Positions 41,791-51,179 are shown, counted from the first letter of the stretch. The stretch: DNA of 64,000 bases from Acidobacteriota bacterium (GCA_963663035.1 OY760074.1:864001-928000); one strand, 5' to 3'. A program made the numbers and translations. The notes: generated by a model from the sequence alone, not told the origin.

Positions 41791-42447
41791 ATGAAGTCAC
41801 GGCGCTTACCTGTCTTTGTGCTGCTAGTAGCTTTTTTCCCGTTAGCTTCAACAGCGATTGGAGATTCAGTCGATTATTCTTTCACAGGAAGCTTCACGCA
41901 GGATGATGATGTCCAGCTATTCAGCTTTACCGTTGACTCAATCTCCACAGTCACGTTGTTCACTCTCTCATATGCTGGAGGAACGAATGCTGATGGGTCG
42001 ATAATATCAGCTGGGGGGTTTGACCCCAATCTGTCGTTATTCGACAGTTCCGGTCTCCTGATCTATCAGAATGACGACGGTACGCCGCCAGATGTGGGAA
42101 TAGATATGGACGTTTTTCTCGCCTTTGATACTTTTCTTCAGATTGTGCTTACTCCGGGAACCTTCACGGTCGCAATTTCGCAATATGGCAACTTCGCTAA
42201 TGGTCCCACTCTAGGCGACGGCTTCTCTAGAGATGGCCAAGGAAATTTCGCAGGTGGATTTATTGATTACTTTGACAACCCGCGAACGAACGAATGGGCA
42301 TTTGACATTCTCAACGTGGAAGGGGCCTATGCCCAGCATGAATATCCCGAAACACCTGTCCCGGAACCGTCCACACTCACCCTCTTGGGTTTTGGTATTT
42401 TAGCAGGGGGAGTGTTTAGGAAGAAATTCAAGTCCATGCCCAAGTAG
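41791..42447 (+). CDS. PEP-CTERM protein (DVUA0089-like N-terminal domain)
   Basis: Signal peptide; DDDVQLFSF, SYAGG, GGFDP.L.LFD, NDD; VPEPSTL-TM-RKK tail. Confidence 0.87.
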   Translation: MKSRRLPVFVLLVAFFPLASTAIGDSVDYSFTGSFTQDDDVQLFSFTVDSISTVTLFTLSYAGGTNADGSIISAGGFDPNLSLFDSSGLLIYQNDDGTPPDVGIDMDVFLAFDTFLQIVLTPGTFTVAISQYGNFANGPTLGDGFSRDGQGNFAGGFIDYFDNPRTNEWAFDILNVEGAYAQHEYPETPVPEPSTLTLLGFGILAGGVFRKKFKSMPK

Positions 42448-42869
42448 TCCTAGTCACAACCAGCACAAAATCAAAGAAGTACTGCTACGTTCCTGTGACG
42501 GCACTGGAAGCCATCCTTTGCCTTGACTCCGATGACTGCCCCTATGCCTTCTATAACCCGCGAGCCTGAGGCCGTTGGAAGCAGTGCCGGAAGGCGTGGG
42601 AGAGAGCTAAAAACGTCAACAGGCTTGTCTGACCTTCAAGGGTGCCACTATTTCCGAGATCAAGACGTCCGTGTAGAACTCACCAGTCAGTGGCTTCTGG
42701 AGTGGATTCCCATGTCCCCTGTTGGGTGCGAATAGGGTACAGAAAGTGCATTCTTTTGCGTGACTATTCGGGGTTGTGCGGGGTGTATATACTGTAAATT
42801 CAATGGTTACAATACTTGTGCTATAGCTCACGAATTGACAAGCGACAAGTGTCCTGCTGAAATGAGACG

Positions 42870-43862
42870 ATGCAGCAGGAAACTCAGGAGGAGTACCAGG
42901 CTGTCAGAAGTGCTGTGGGCTTTCTCGATCTCTCCGACCGGGGAAAGATAGAAGTCACGGGACCTGATCGGGTCACTTTCCTCCATTCGATGATCAGCAA
43001 TGATGTTAAGGAGCTTCCCGAGTGGGATGGTCGCTATGGTACCTTTTTGACAGCCAGAGGCAGGATCATCTCGGACTTCTTTTACTACCGATTTCCCGAC
43101 GAACTGCTGCTGGACATCAGTACTGAATTGCTGGCCAGAACCATCGAAGTATTGGAAAAGCACATCATCATGGACCAGGTCGATTTGAAGGATCTCTCCA
43201 GTGAAAGAAGCCATTTCTCCCTTCAGGGACCGGCTGCTTCGCAGTTGGTACAGGAACTGTTCGGGGATTCCGGCCCGGGAACACAATACGCTGTTCAGGA
43301 GGTCAAGTGGCAGGACACCACACTGCGGCTGATACGAAAAGATGAGTTGGCCGAGTGTGGCTTTGAGATGATTCTTCCCCAGCAGATCGCTTCATCTCTA
43401 CAAGGATCCCTGCGAGAGAGGGGAAGCAGCCTGGGTTTGCGGGAGATCGGGCGGGAAGCGCGCAACATTTTGCGCCTGGAAGCCGGAATACCGTGGTATG
43501 GAATTGACATGAACGAGAATCGCTACCCCATGGAAGCTCGGCTGGAGGAGGCGATTAGTCTCACAAAGGGTTGCTATGTAGGACAGGAAGTGGTGGCCAA
43601 GGCCACCCACACTGGAAGTGTGGGCAATCTCTTGATGGGCCTAAAAGTTAAAGAAGACCGAATCCCTCCTCCCGACTCACCTGTCCTCAGTTCCGGCAAA
43701 CAAATTGGAGCCGTTACCAGCGCTGTTTTTTCTCCTCGCTGGAACTGTCCCATCGCTTTTGCCTACCTGAAACGTGCTTTCGCCCGCCCGGGCGAAGTTT
43801 GTCAGGTGGAAGTTGCAGAGGGAGAATCCGTCTCAGCTGAGGTGGTGGACAGATTTAGTTAA
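42870..43862 (+). CDS. YgfZ/GcvT-like folate-binding protein
   Basis: GPDRVTFL, LRLEAGIP, signature KGCYVGQE. Confidence 0.9.
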   Translation: MQQETQEEYQAVRSAVGFLDLSDRGKIEVTGPDRVTFLHSMISNDVKELPEWDGRYGTFLTARGRIISDFFYYRFPDELLLDISTELLARTIEVLEKHIIMDQVDLKDLSSERSHFSLQGPAASQLVQELFGDSGPGTQYAVQEVKWQDTTLRLIRKDELAECGFEMILPQQIASSLQGSLRERGSSLGLREIGREARNILRLEAGIPWYGIDMNENRYPMEARLEEAISLTKGCYVGQEVVAKATHTGSVGNLLMGLKVKEDRIPPPDSPVLSSGKQIGAVTSAVFSPRWNCPIAFAYLKRAFARPGEVCQVEVAEGESVSAEVVDRFS

Positions 43863-43865
43863 GAA

Positions 43866-44011
43866 GGAGTCAGGAGTCAGGAGTCAGGAGGCGCGCTTCG
43901 CGCGCGTTTCAAGTTTCAAATTCCGGATTTTGAATTTGGAATTTTGGATTTTGAATTTCCGACGGCCTTCGGCCGGCGGTGGTCAGCTGTCAGCTGTCAG
44001 TTGTCAGCTGT
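43866..44011. repeat. Mosaic of heptamer repeats and small GC hairpins
   Basis: GGAGTCA x3, TTTCAA(G/A), TTTTG(G/A)A, TCAG(C/T)TG runs between convergent genes. Confidence 0.8.
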
Positions 44012-45902
44012 TGAGCAGCCCTTTCACCGTCTTGACGATACTTTGGGCATCGATTTCAAAGACGTCCATGAGTTGGGCGGGATCCCCGGAGCGAGGCAGA
44101 CCGTTGACTGCCAGCTTATGCAGTTGACAGGGTTCATTGGCCAGGGCACCGAGGACAGCATCACCCAGGCCTCCCTCAGGATAGTGGTCTTCCACGGTAA
44201 TGAGGAGCTGGGTCTCACGGGCCGCTTTTCGAAGCGTCTCTTCGTCAACGGGCTTGACACTGTAAAGATCAATCACTCGAACCAGCACATTTTGGCTCTC
44301 CAGTTCCTGGTAGGCCTTCAGGGCTTCGTGAAGAGTGATACCCGCAGCCACGATAGTGGCCCGATCCTGATCGCTGCTTTTGAGAACCTTGCTTCCTCCC
44401 ACTCGAAAAGTCTCCTCATTGGGGTACAGGATAGAGGTCTTGGGGCGGCTGGTGCGGATATAGACGACACCTGGGGTTTGTGCTGCCAGAGCCACCAGGC
44501 GCTCGGCACACACTGCATCGGAAGGGTACAAGACCGTCGATCCGGCGATGGCGCGCATCATGGCCAGATCTTCCAGGCCCATTTGAGAAGGGCCGTCCTG
44601 CCCGATAGAGATTCCGGCATGGGAGCCACACAGGTTAATATTGGCATGAGAAATGGCAGCCATACGGATCTGGTCATAAGCCCGTGACAGGAAGCAGGCG
44701 AAGGTGGAGGCAAAGGGGACCTTGCCCATGGTGCTGAGACCCACAGCCGTTCCCACCATGTTCTGTTCGGCGATAAAACACTCCACGAAGCGATCCGGAT
44801 ACTCCTCCATGAATTCTTGGGAATAAGTGGAATTCTTGGTGTCGCCATCCAGAGCCACCACGGCGGGATCGGCCGCACCCAGCTTTCTCAAGGCGGTGCC
44901 GTAGGCCTTGCGGGTTGCCACTTGCTGGTCGGATGAGTATTGGGGAGCCTCGGGGACGGATCCAGAAGGGCCCTGGCCAGTCCCGGAGAGGGAATCGCCG
45001 CCCTTTCCGTTAGGGGAGGTTAGATGAAACGGCTCTTCCAGTTCCAGATCGTCTCCGATTTCCTGAAGAGCTTGCTCCAGTGCTTGGCCTGCCTCAACTG
45101 GCTTGCCGTGCCAGCCATCCTTGTTCTCCATGATGGAGACGCCCTTCCCCTTTAGAGTGCGAGCGATGATGGCGGCTGGCTGGCCTTCAACTGCAATCGC
45201 AGACTCCAGGGCGGCCAGACTTTCTTCCACGCTGTGGCCGTCGATCATTTGGGTGTGCCAACCAAATGAGGCGAAGCGCTTCTGATAGCTCTCGATGTCG
45301 TGTCCGTACATGGTCGCCTGGCTCTGTCCCAAACGGTTGATGTCCAGAATGGCAATCAGATTGTCCAACTGGTTGTGACTGGCCAGTGCCGCCGCCTCCC
45401 AGACCGACCCCTCGGCAGCCTCCCCGTCCCCCATGAGAACGAAGATTCGGTTTCCGGTCTGATTGATGCGAGCGCCCAGTGCCATACCGACACCGACTGA
45501 AAGACCCTGACCTAAGGAACCGCTGGCCACATCGATCCAGGCATTTCGAGGAGTGGGATGTCCTTCCAGGTCACTGTCCATCCTTCTCAAGGTCTCTAGT
45601 TTTTCCACCGGAAAGGCTCCCGCTTCAGCCAGGACAGCCCAAAGAATCGGTGCCGCATGTCCTTTTGAAAGAACAAATCGATCGTTGAACGGATTGTCCG
45701 GGTTCTTCACTTCAAAGCGCAGAAAATGAAAGAAGAGCGTTGAAATGAGCTCGGCGCAGGAACAACAGGAAGAGGGATGTCCCGAGCCCGCTTGAGTGGT
45801 TGAGGTCAGTGAATGTCTGCGCAGGCGATTGGCCACAGTCTGGATTGATCTCACCAAACTTGGCGAGTTATCTTTTGGGAGAGCCTGAGTCTCTTTCTTC
45901 AT
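44004..45902 (-). CDS. tkt: Transketolase
   Basis: GSGHP, LSKGHAAP, GSLGQG, GDGE..EG..WEA, IAEQ, IGQDGPSQM. Confidence 0.93.
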   Translation of the reverse strand: MKKETQALPKDNSPSLVRSIQTVANRLRRHSLTSTTQAGSGHPSSCCSCAELISTLFFHFLRFEVKNPDNPFNDRFVLSKGHAAPILWAVLAEAGAFPVEKLETLRRMDSDLEGHPTPRNAWIDVASGSLGQGLSVGVGMALGARINQTGNRIFVLMGDGEAAEGSVWEAAALASHNQLDNLIAILDINRLGQSQATMYGHDIESYQKRFASFGWHTQMIDGHSVEESLAALESAIAVEGQPAAIIARTLKGKGVSIMENKDGWHGKPVEAGQALEQALQEIGDDLELEEPFHLTSPNGKGGDSLSGTGQGPSGSVPEAPQYSSDQQVATRKAYGTALRKLGAADPAVVALDGDTKNSTYSQEFMEEYPDRFVECFIAEQNMVGTAVGLSTMGKVPFASTFACFLSRAYDQIRMAAISHANINLCGSHAGISIGQDGPSQMGLEDLAMMRAIAGSTVLYPSDAVCAERLVALAAQTPGVVYIRTSRPKTSILYPNEETFRVGGSKVLKSSDQDRATIVAAGITLHEALKAYQELESQNVLVRVIDLYSVKPVDEETLRKAARETQLLITVEDHYPEGGLGDAVLGALANEPCQLHKLAVNGLPRSGDPAQLMDVFEIDAQSIVKTVKGLLNS

Positions 45903-46002
45903 GGTTTTGGCGAGCGTACTATATTAGAGAGAATATGCACTGTCAATTGATGGTTCAACTCTGTTCTGTTAGGAACAGATCGGATAGAAGGAGAGCTCCT
46001 CG

Positions 46003-46548
46003 ATGATATTGAAAGCTGGTGATGGCGCACCTGATTTTGAGCTGCCAGTACTGACCGGGAAGGGTGAGGTGGATCATTCCAAGGGAGTCCCTGAGCTGCA
46101 GACTTTGAAAGACCTGCTGGGGAGAGGGTCTGCTCTTTTGGTTTTTGTGAAGGAAGATTGTCCCACTTGCGAGTATGCCTTGCCTCTAGTGGACCGGATC
46201 TATCAAAACTATCCGGGATCGAAAGCTTCGATCGTGGTCATTGCCCAGGAGGGTGTATTCGCAGCCCTGAAAATGGTTCAGGACTGGGGCATCCACATGC
46301 CTGTCCTGCTGGATCAGGATCCCTTTGTCGTCAGTGAGGACTATGGGTTGGAATTTGTTCCCACCTTCTTCTCTGTTGCCCAGGACGGCAGGATCGAGCG
46401 CAGCTTTGAATCCTTTGCACGGGAGGAACTCAAAACCATCAATGAAGTGATAGCCCGCCTCAGCGGTGCCACTCCCATTCCGTTTTTCACAGCCCAGGAG
46501 GGTGTGCCGGCCTTTCGTCCGGGCTGAGCCACCAGAAGCGCAACCTAG
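46003..46548 (+). CDS. Redoxin/TlpA-like thioredoxin-fold protein; possible Sec at TGA 46525 (otherwise ends 46527)
   Basis: GDGAPDFEL, CPTC, VPT; C-terminal RPG-TGA-ATRSAT-TAG followed by hairpin. Confidence 0.75.
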
Positions 46549-46555
46549 CCGGGTG

Positions 46556-46900
46556 CTAGGAGTTTGAATTTGTTTCCGTGACTTGGAAGGATTCACCGCA
46601 GCCACAGGTGCTGGTGACATTGGGATTCTTGAATTTGAAGCCTGCCCCTTCCATTGATTCCACGTAGTCGATCTCGGTTCCCTTCAAAGTGAGCATACTC
46701 TGATTGTCCACGAACACTTTGACACCATCCACTTGAACAACCTGATCGCCTTCCCGGCTATCCTGCTCGAGCTTCATCGTGTACTGGAATCCCGAGCATC
46801 CAGCCGCCTCAACGGAGACTCGGATTCCGGCATAGCTCTCCGGCTGCTCGGCTATAAATTCCTTGACTCTGGTAACGGCTTTGTTGCTCAGTGTAATCAT
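46556..46900 (-). CDS. A-type Fe-S carrier (IscA/ErpA/HesB family)
   Basis: GCSGFQY, F.F.NPN, TCGCGESF; longer ORF-track start runs through repeat DNA. Confidence 0.92.
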   Translation of the reverse strand: MITLSNKAVTRVKEFIAEQPESYAGIRVSVEAAGCSGFQYTMKLEQDSREGDQVVQVDGVKVFVDNQSMLTLKGTEIDYVESMEGAGFKFKNPNVTSTCGCGESFQVTETNSNS

Positions 46901-46992
46901 GATTCTGCCACTCCCTTTGGCAGGACGAACATACTCTATTATAAGAGAACGACCAGCTTTATTCAAGTATCCGGGAGTTGTAACAGTCTCCG

Positions 46993-47257
46993 CCCGGACT
47001 ATGCATAAGTTTTCTACTGCAGCGCCGAAATCACCCGCCCCCTGCCAGCGTTGCGCGACCCGCACGGGAGCGCGGGTACCCCTCGGCCTCCTCAACGTAC
47101 TCAAGAGTACGTTTGCGGGGGTCGACCCGCAAGCGGGTACCCCTCGTGCGCCAGTCGGAGCCGCAGGCTTTAGCCTGCGGGCCCGTGGGCTAAAGCCCAC
47201 GGCTCTGTTTTCCGGCGCTTTCGCCGCTTCGTGACGAGAACCTATGCATAATCCGGG
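46993..47257. mobile_element. MITE-like element, longest filled copy
   Basis: CCCGGACTATGCATA ... TATGCATAATCCGGG-CTAG ends; modules shared with 25564, 56519, 63809. Confidence 0.75.
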
Positions 47258-47262
47258 CTAGC

Positions 47263-47727
47263 TCACACGGTTTTCTGTGGGTGGGAGGAGCGCCGCCGGG
47301 AAAAAAAACCTTGAAGAATCTCGCGGGATGGCCTGGCCAGGATGCCCTCCACAACCTGGACAGTGTGGTTGAACCGACCCTCAGAGAGAAGGGAAGCCTT
47401 GGAAAAAACGGCCCCTGCTTTCTCGTCTCGTGCGCCGAAGATCAGCTGTTTGGCGCGAGCCCAGATCAGGGCTCCAGCGCACATGGCGCAGGGCTCAAGA
47501 GTGACGTAAATTTCTATATCCTTCAGACGATAGTTGGAAAGTTGTTGGCCTGCCTGCCGCAGAACCAGTATTTCAGCATGGGCAGTGGGATCGTGAAGCT
47601 GAAGGCTCCGGTTGTGATCTCTGGCCACGAGTTTATTCCCCAGGACGGCCACACATCCCACCGGAACCTCCCCCTCTTGATCTGCTTCTTGAGCTTCTTC
47701 CAGGGCCAGCTTCATCCAGTGTTCCAT
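47263..47727 (-). CDS. tadA: tRNA adenosine(34) deaminase
   Basis: EVPVG, DPTAHAE, TLEPCAMCAGA. Confidence 0.94.
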   Translation of the reverse strand: MEHWMKLALEEAQEADQEGEVPVGCVAVLGNKLVARDHNRSLQLHDPTAHAEILVLRQAGQQLSNYRLKDIEIYVTLEPCAMCAGALIWARAKQLIFGARDEKAGAVFSKASLLSEGRFNHTVQVVEGILARPSREILQGFFSRRRSSHPQKTV

Positions 47728-47744
47728 GGTTCGGCCGCCCCAGC

Positions 47745-48191
47745 CTAAGAGGTGAGCTTGGAAATCAGGTTGCCGGCTCGCCCTCTGGTCAGATTCTCAG
47801 GAACCTCCTGAGCAGCCTTTCGAAGGGTGTCACGCTGTTTGGGCGTTGCTTCTTCTTCGTATTGTTCCAGGGCGATACACTGTCCGTTATGTCCGGCAGG
47901 CCAACCCGCGTAATGGGCTACATGAAGCATGATTTCGTTGATTCGCTCGCAGGAAATACCGATATTGAGGGCCCCCTCGATATGCCGGGCCAGTTCACGG
48001 TCTCGACCCAGAGCGGCCAGCAGCGCGACGGTGATCATGCTTCGGTCGGCCACGGTGAGGGTCGTTCGGGTCCAGATTTCCCGGTAGAGCTTTGTCGTGA
48101 AGTGATCCAGGGGAGATTGCTCAGAGCCTCTGGGACCGAAAAGTGCCTCGAATACCTTTTTCTTACTCTGGCTTTCCTGCAGGTCGTCCAT
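47745..48191 (-). CDS. Carboxymuconolactone decarboxylase family protein
   Basis: IWTR..L...RS.IT, H..GAL..G, YAGWPA. Confidence 0.82.
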   Translation of the reverse strand: MDDLQESQSKKKVFEALFGPRGSEQSPLDHFTTKLYREIWTRTTLTVADRSMITVALLAALGRDRELARHIEGALNIGISCERINEIMLHVAHYAGWPAGHNGQCIALEQYEEEATPKQRDTLRKAAQEVPENLTRGRAGNLISKLTS

Positions 48192-48225
48192 CGGCCTATC
48201 CTCCCTCAATGCTGCCCGCAAGTCT

Positions 48226-49296
48226 TCATTTCTGGGATTGGAGTGTCTTCAGTTCCTCATCGATAATCTCTGCGATCCGGGCGTAGGGGACGCTCCCGAC
48301 CAGTGCCCGGCCGTTAATAAAGAGGGCAGGTGTTCCAGTGACGCCCGCTAAGGCCCCGGCTTTGACATCAGTTTTCACCCGCTCTGCAGACTCGGATGTC
48401 AGGAGACACTCTAGGAATTCAGTTTCGTCTAATCCAAGTATTAGTGCCTTTTCTGCCAAGGCCTCTATGCTCAAGCCGGTCTGGTCCTCAAACATTAAAT
48501 CATGCATCTCCCAAAACTTACCGTGCTGTTCGGCACAGAGCGAGGCTTCAGCGGCCTTCTGAGCATAGGGATGTATGTCGACCAGTGGAAACTGACGATA
48601 CACCAGGCGAACCTCGTCAGCGTAGTTTTGCTGGATGTCTCTGATGGTGCCCAACAGCCCCAAGCAGTAGGGGCACTCGAAGTCGGAGAACTCCACAATC
48701 GTCACCGGGGCATCGGCAGGACCGTGGGAAGGGTGTCCTGTGGTGGCGATGTCCACCCTGTGCGGCTCGAGATAAGTGACGACGGCGTGCTTGGTGGTCA
48801 ACTGGTCTATATAAGCTTGGTAGTCCGCCTCCCTCGAGAGATCAGCCAGGTGTCGTCGGATCACAGGAAGCATCTGCACTCTGGGGCCATTCATCTGTTG
48901 CTCGTTTGCCTCGTAGAAGGCTTCAACCTCTTCTTGAGTGGGTTCCTCAAACTTGCTGCGAACTTCCTTATCGAGCAGTTCTTCTGTTGAGAGACCCTGC
49001 TGTGAGCCTTCCAGATCGACCAGCTTCTCGGCAAGCATTGCCTTGAGCCGGTTTTCCAGAATCTGATGTTGTTCTCTCTCTTGCTGGGCTTGAAACTGAA
49101 GCGATTGCATCTCTACTGCTGCCAGTTCCTCTGCTGCAGCGCTCTGGAGCTCCTCTCGGGTGATGGTATTCCCTTTCATTTCCGCAACGATGCCTGCTGT
49201 AGAGTCCTGCCCTCCCTGAGCCGATCCGGAAGTGATAAAGGCGCCAAACAAGAGAAGCAAAACAAACATTGGTTGGACTTCCCTTCGCATTTTCAT
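48226..49296 (-). CDS. DsbA-family thioredoxin-domain exported protein
   Basis: Signal peptide; EFSDFECPYC, RQFPL, GVTGTPALFING. Confidence 0.9.
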   Translation of the reverse strand: MKMRREVQPMFVLLLLFGAFITSGSAQGGQDSTAGIVAEMKGNTITREELQSAAAEELAAVEMQSLQFQAQQEREQHQILENRLKAMLAEKLVDLEGSQQGLSTEELLDKEVRSKFEEPTQEEVEAFYEANEQQMNGPRVQMLPVIRRHLADLSREADYQAYIDQLTTKHAVVTYLEPHRVDIATTGHPSHGPADAPVTIVEFSDFECPYCLGLLGTIRDIQQNYADEVRLVYRQFPLVDIHPYAQKAAEASLCAEQHGKFWEMHDLMFEDQTGLSIEALAEKALILGLDETEFLECLLTSESAERVKTDVKAGALAGVTGTPALFINGRALVGSVPYARIAEIIDEELKTLQSQK

Positions 49297-49390
49297 CCCC
49301 TTATCATACGTTGAAACGGCCTGTACTGCTAGCCGGGACTATTCATAACTTCTCTATTAAAACACTGTCAGCTTCTGCCCCGGCGGCGCG

Positions 49391-50212
49391 CTACCCGCCT
49401 GACCTTTCTTCCTTTAACGCATCGAGAAGGAGCTCTTTATTGACCAGATTTCGGTCGTTGGAGCGCAACAGGAATGGCTCAAGGTCTTCGATGACTTGTT
49501 TCCAGTTCAGGGACTCTACTTTTTGTGCCACAAGCTTTCTCCAGTTCTCTAAAGAAACCTCAGTTCCTTCGTATCCAGTTTGGGCAAGCGCATTATTGAG
49601 ATAAGCAAGGTTGGGCTCGACGTCCATCCAGCGATTCAAGTAGAAGACGAGGTCATAATAGTCTCTTCCTTTGGTGTATCTTCGCTGTAGAATCGCGTGT
49701 AACTTACCCGCTAGAAAAGTAGGCCTGTCGTGATGGTAAATGACGTAGGGACAATATTTGTTGATGGTACTCGCCTGAATGCCAAAGCCGGCTGGAGGAT
49801 TTGTGTCGATTTCCAGTTTGACATTCAAGTTCTGGTGCGGGTGAGGTGTTAAGCCACACTCGAACAGGAGCCCTGCAAACCTGATCATACTTGACTTAAC
49901 GTTACCTCTTAAACTTGTGCTGAGGGTTACATCATAACCGTTCTCCTCAAGTCTTTTCCGCACGGTGTCCAAATCAGAGGTCAGGTCGAAGTCGGGCTGA
50001 AGTTCTCTCAGATGAAAATCCAAATCCTCGGAAAAACGGGCCAGATCATGAGTGATTCGAAGAGCCGTTCCTCCGTGGAAAACGAGCTTCTCCAGTAGCT
50101 TTTGCTCGAACAGTTCACGGAGAACAATGTGCTGCAAGTACTCTCTCAGTCGACTCCTCTTTGCCCTGTCGGTTGCCTCAGCTTCGACAACTTGTAGTGC
50201 CTGTTCTCTCAT
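49391..50212 (-). CDS. AbiEii-type nucleotidyltransferase toxin (type IV TA)
   Basis: FHGGTALR, RFSEDLDF, K..A...R, KGRDYYD. Confidence 0.9.
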   Translation of the reverse strand: MREQALQVVEAEATDRAKRSRLREYLQHIVLRELFEQKLLEKLVFHGGTALRITHDLARFSEDLDFHLRELQPDFDLTSDLDTVRKRLEENGYDVTLSTSLRGNVKSSMIRFAGLLFECGLTPHPHQNLNVKLEIDTNPPAGFGIQASTINKYCPYVIYHHDRPTFLAGKLHAILQRRYTKGRDYYDLVFYLNRWMDVEPNLAYLNNALAQTGYEGTEVSLENWRKLVAQKVESLNWKQVIEDLEPFLLRSNDRNLVNKELLLDALKEERSGG

Positions 50213-50859
50213 ACCAGGACCGCTCTGAAATTCAGGTTGAGAAGATTGGATGCTGCCCTTTTCACTTTAGGGCTATGAAACCGCCTTGCATAGCGCTGAA
50301 ATCTTTCAAAGTCGAGTTCTTGGAGGCTCTGAAACCGCATCTCCTCGATTCGTTCAGTTGTCCACTCACCTTCTGACAGATAAAACAGATCAAGAAGTGC
50401 CTTCTCAGGAAGCGCCATGAGAAATCGCCTCTGATTCGAAAGAGAACCTTCTCCATTCAAGGAATATTGCTTATAACCAAAAAACCGCTCCTGCTTGATT
50501 GAACGATAATGGAAGATTCCAAGAGGTGTGATCCATCGTTGAGTCTGTTTTGGAGTGAGAGCCTGGATCAAGCCCACGGCTTCGGGAATGAGACCGTGGA
50601 ACTCGAGGGCACTGTGCAGGCTGACATAGGAGGGCCGAAACAGATAGTTGGAAAGGTAATAGGTCGAAGGGTGTTGGTACCAAAATTCCTCACTCAGGAT
50701 GTATCGGCCTCGTCTCAGTTGAATGAGCTTACCCTTCGCCACCCAGTGAGAGAGCCTTGCTTGAATTTGTGGCGCAGGTTCGTCAAAGAGCATTGTGAGT
50801 TCTTTGGTTTCAAAGAAGGGTCTCTTTTGAAATGACTGCAAGAGTCTCTCGAATTTCAT
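50209..50859 (-). CDS. AbiEi-type antitoxin
   Basis: N-terminal wHTH (LRRGRY), SYVSL.SAL..HGLIPE, PEKALLD. Confidence 0.88.
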   Translation of the reverse strand: MKFERLLQSFQKRPFFETKELTMLFDEPAPQIQARLSHWVAKGKLIQLRRGRYILSEEFWYQHPSTYYLSNYLFRPSYVSLHSALEFHGLIPEAVGLIQALTPKQTQRWITPLGIFHYRSIKQERFFGYKQYSLNGEGSLSNQRRFLMALPEKALLDLFYLSEGEWTTERIEEMRFQSLQELDFERFQRYARRFHSPKVKRAASNLLNLNFRAVLV

Positions 50860-51155
50860 ATTTATAACCTATCATATTTAGTAAATTATACATATATAAA
50901 TTATATTCTATAGATTTTATATTGATATCATACTAATAATAATTGATTACTGATATGGAATAGCAAAAGGTGTCGAAAGCGGGGGTGGGAGCGGAATCAG
51001 AGCTGTGGAGAGTTAATATACCGCCTGCCTTTGATTGTGGTCCTTAGTGTTCGACAACCGGGAAACGTGATACGGCAGAAGTCAATACACCTGTAGAACG
51101 TCGATAAAGAACTGAGCTGGTCTTCGTAAGAAACGTAACGGCGGGTAATTAAAGA

Positions 51156-51179
51156 AGGGGACAGCCTAGGCTGTCCCCT
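51156..51179. terminator. Perfect 24-bp palindrome, probable terminator of PilZ gene
   Basis: AGGGGACAGCCTAGGCTGTCCCCT followed by TCTTT on minus strand. Confidence 0.55.

Noticed and set aside
46901-47200. N-terminal extension of the IscA/ErpA ORF
   Set aside because: Runs through the MITE; the family start with RBS is at 46900
50975-51000. Second degenerate tRNA-Ser att copy (GCGGGGGTGGGAGCGGAATC)
   Set aside because: Similarity to the tRNA 3' end is too weak to support
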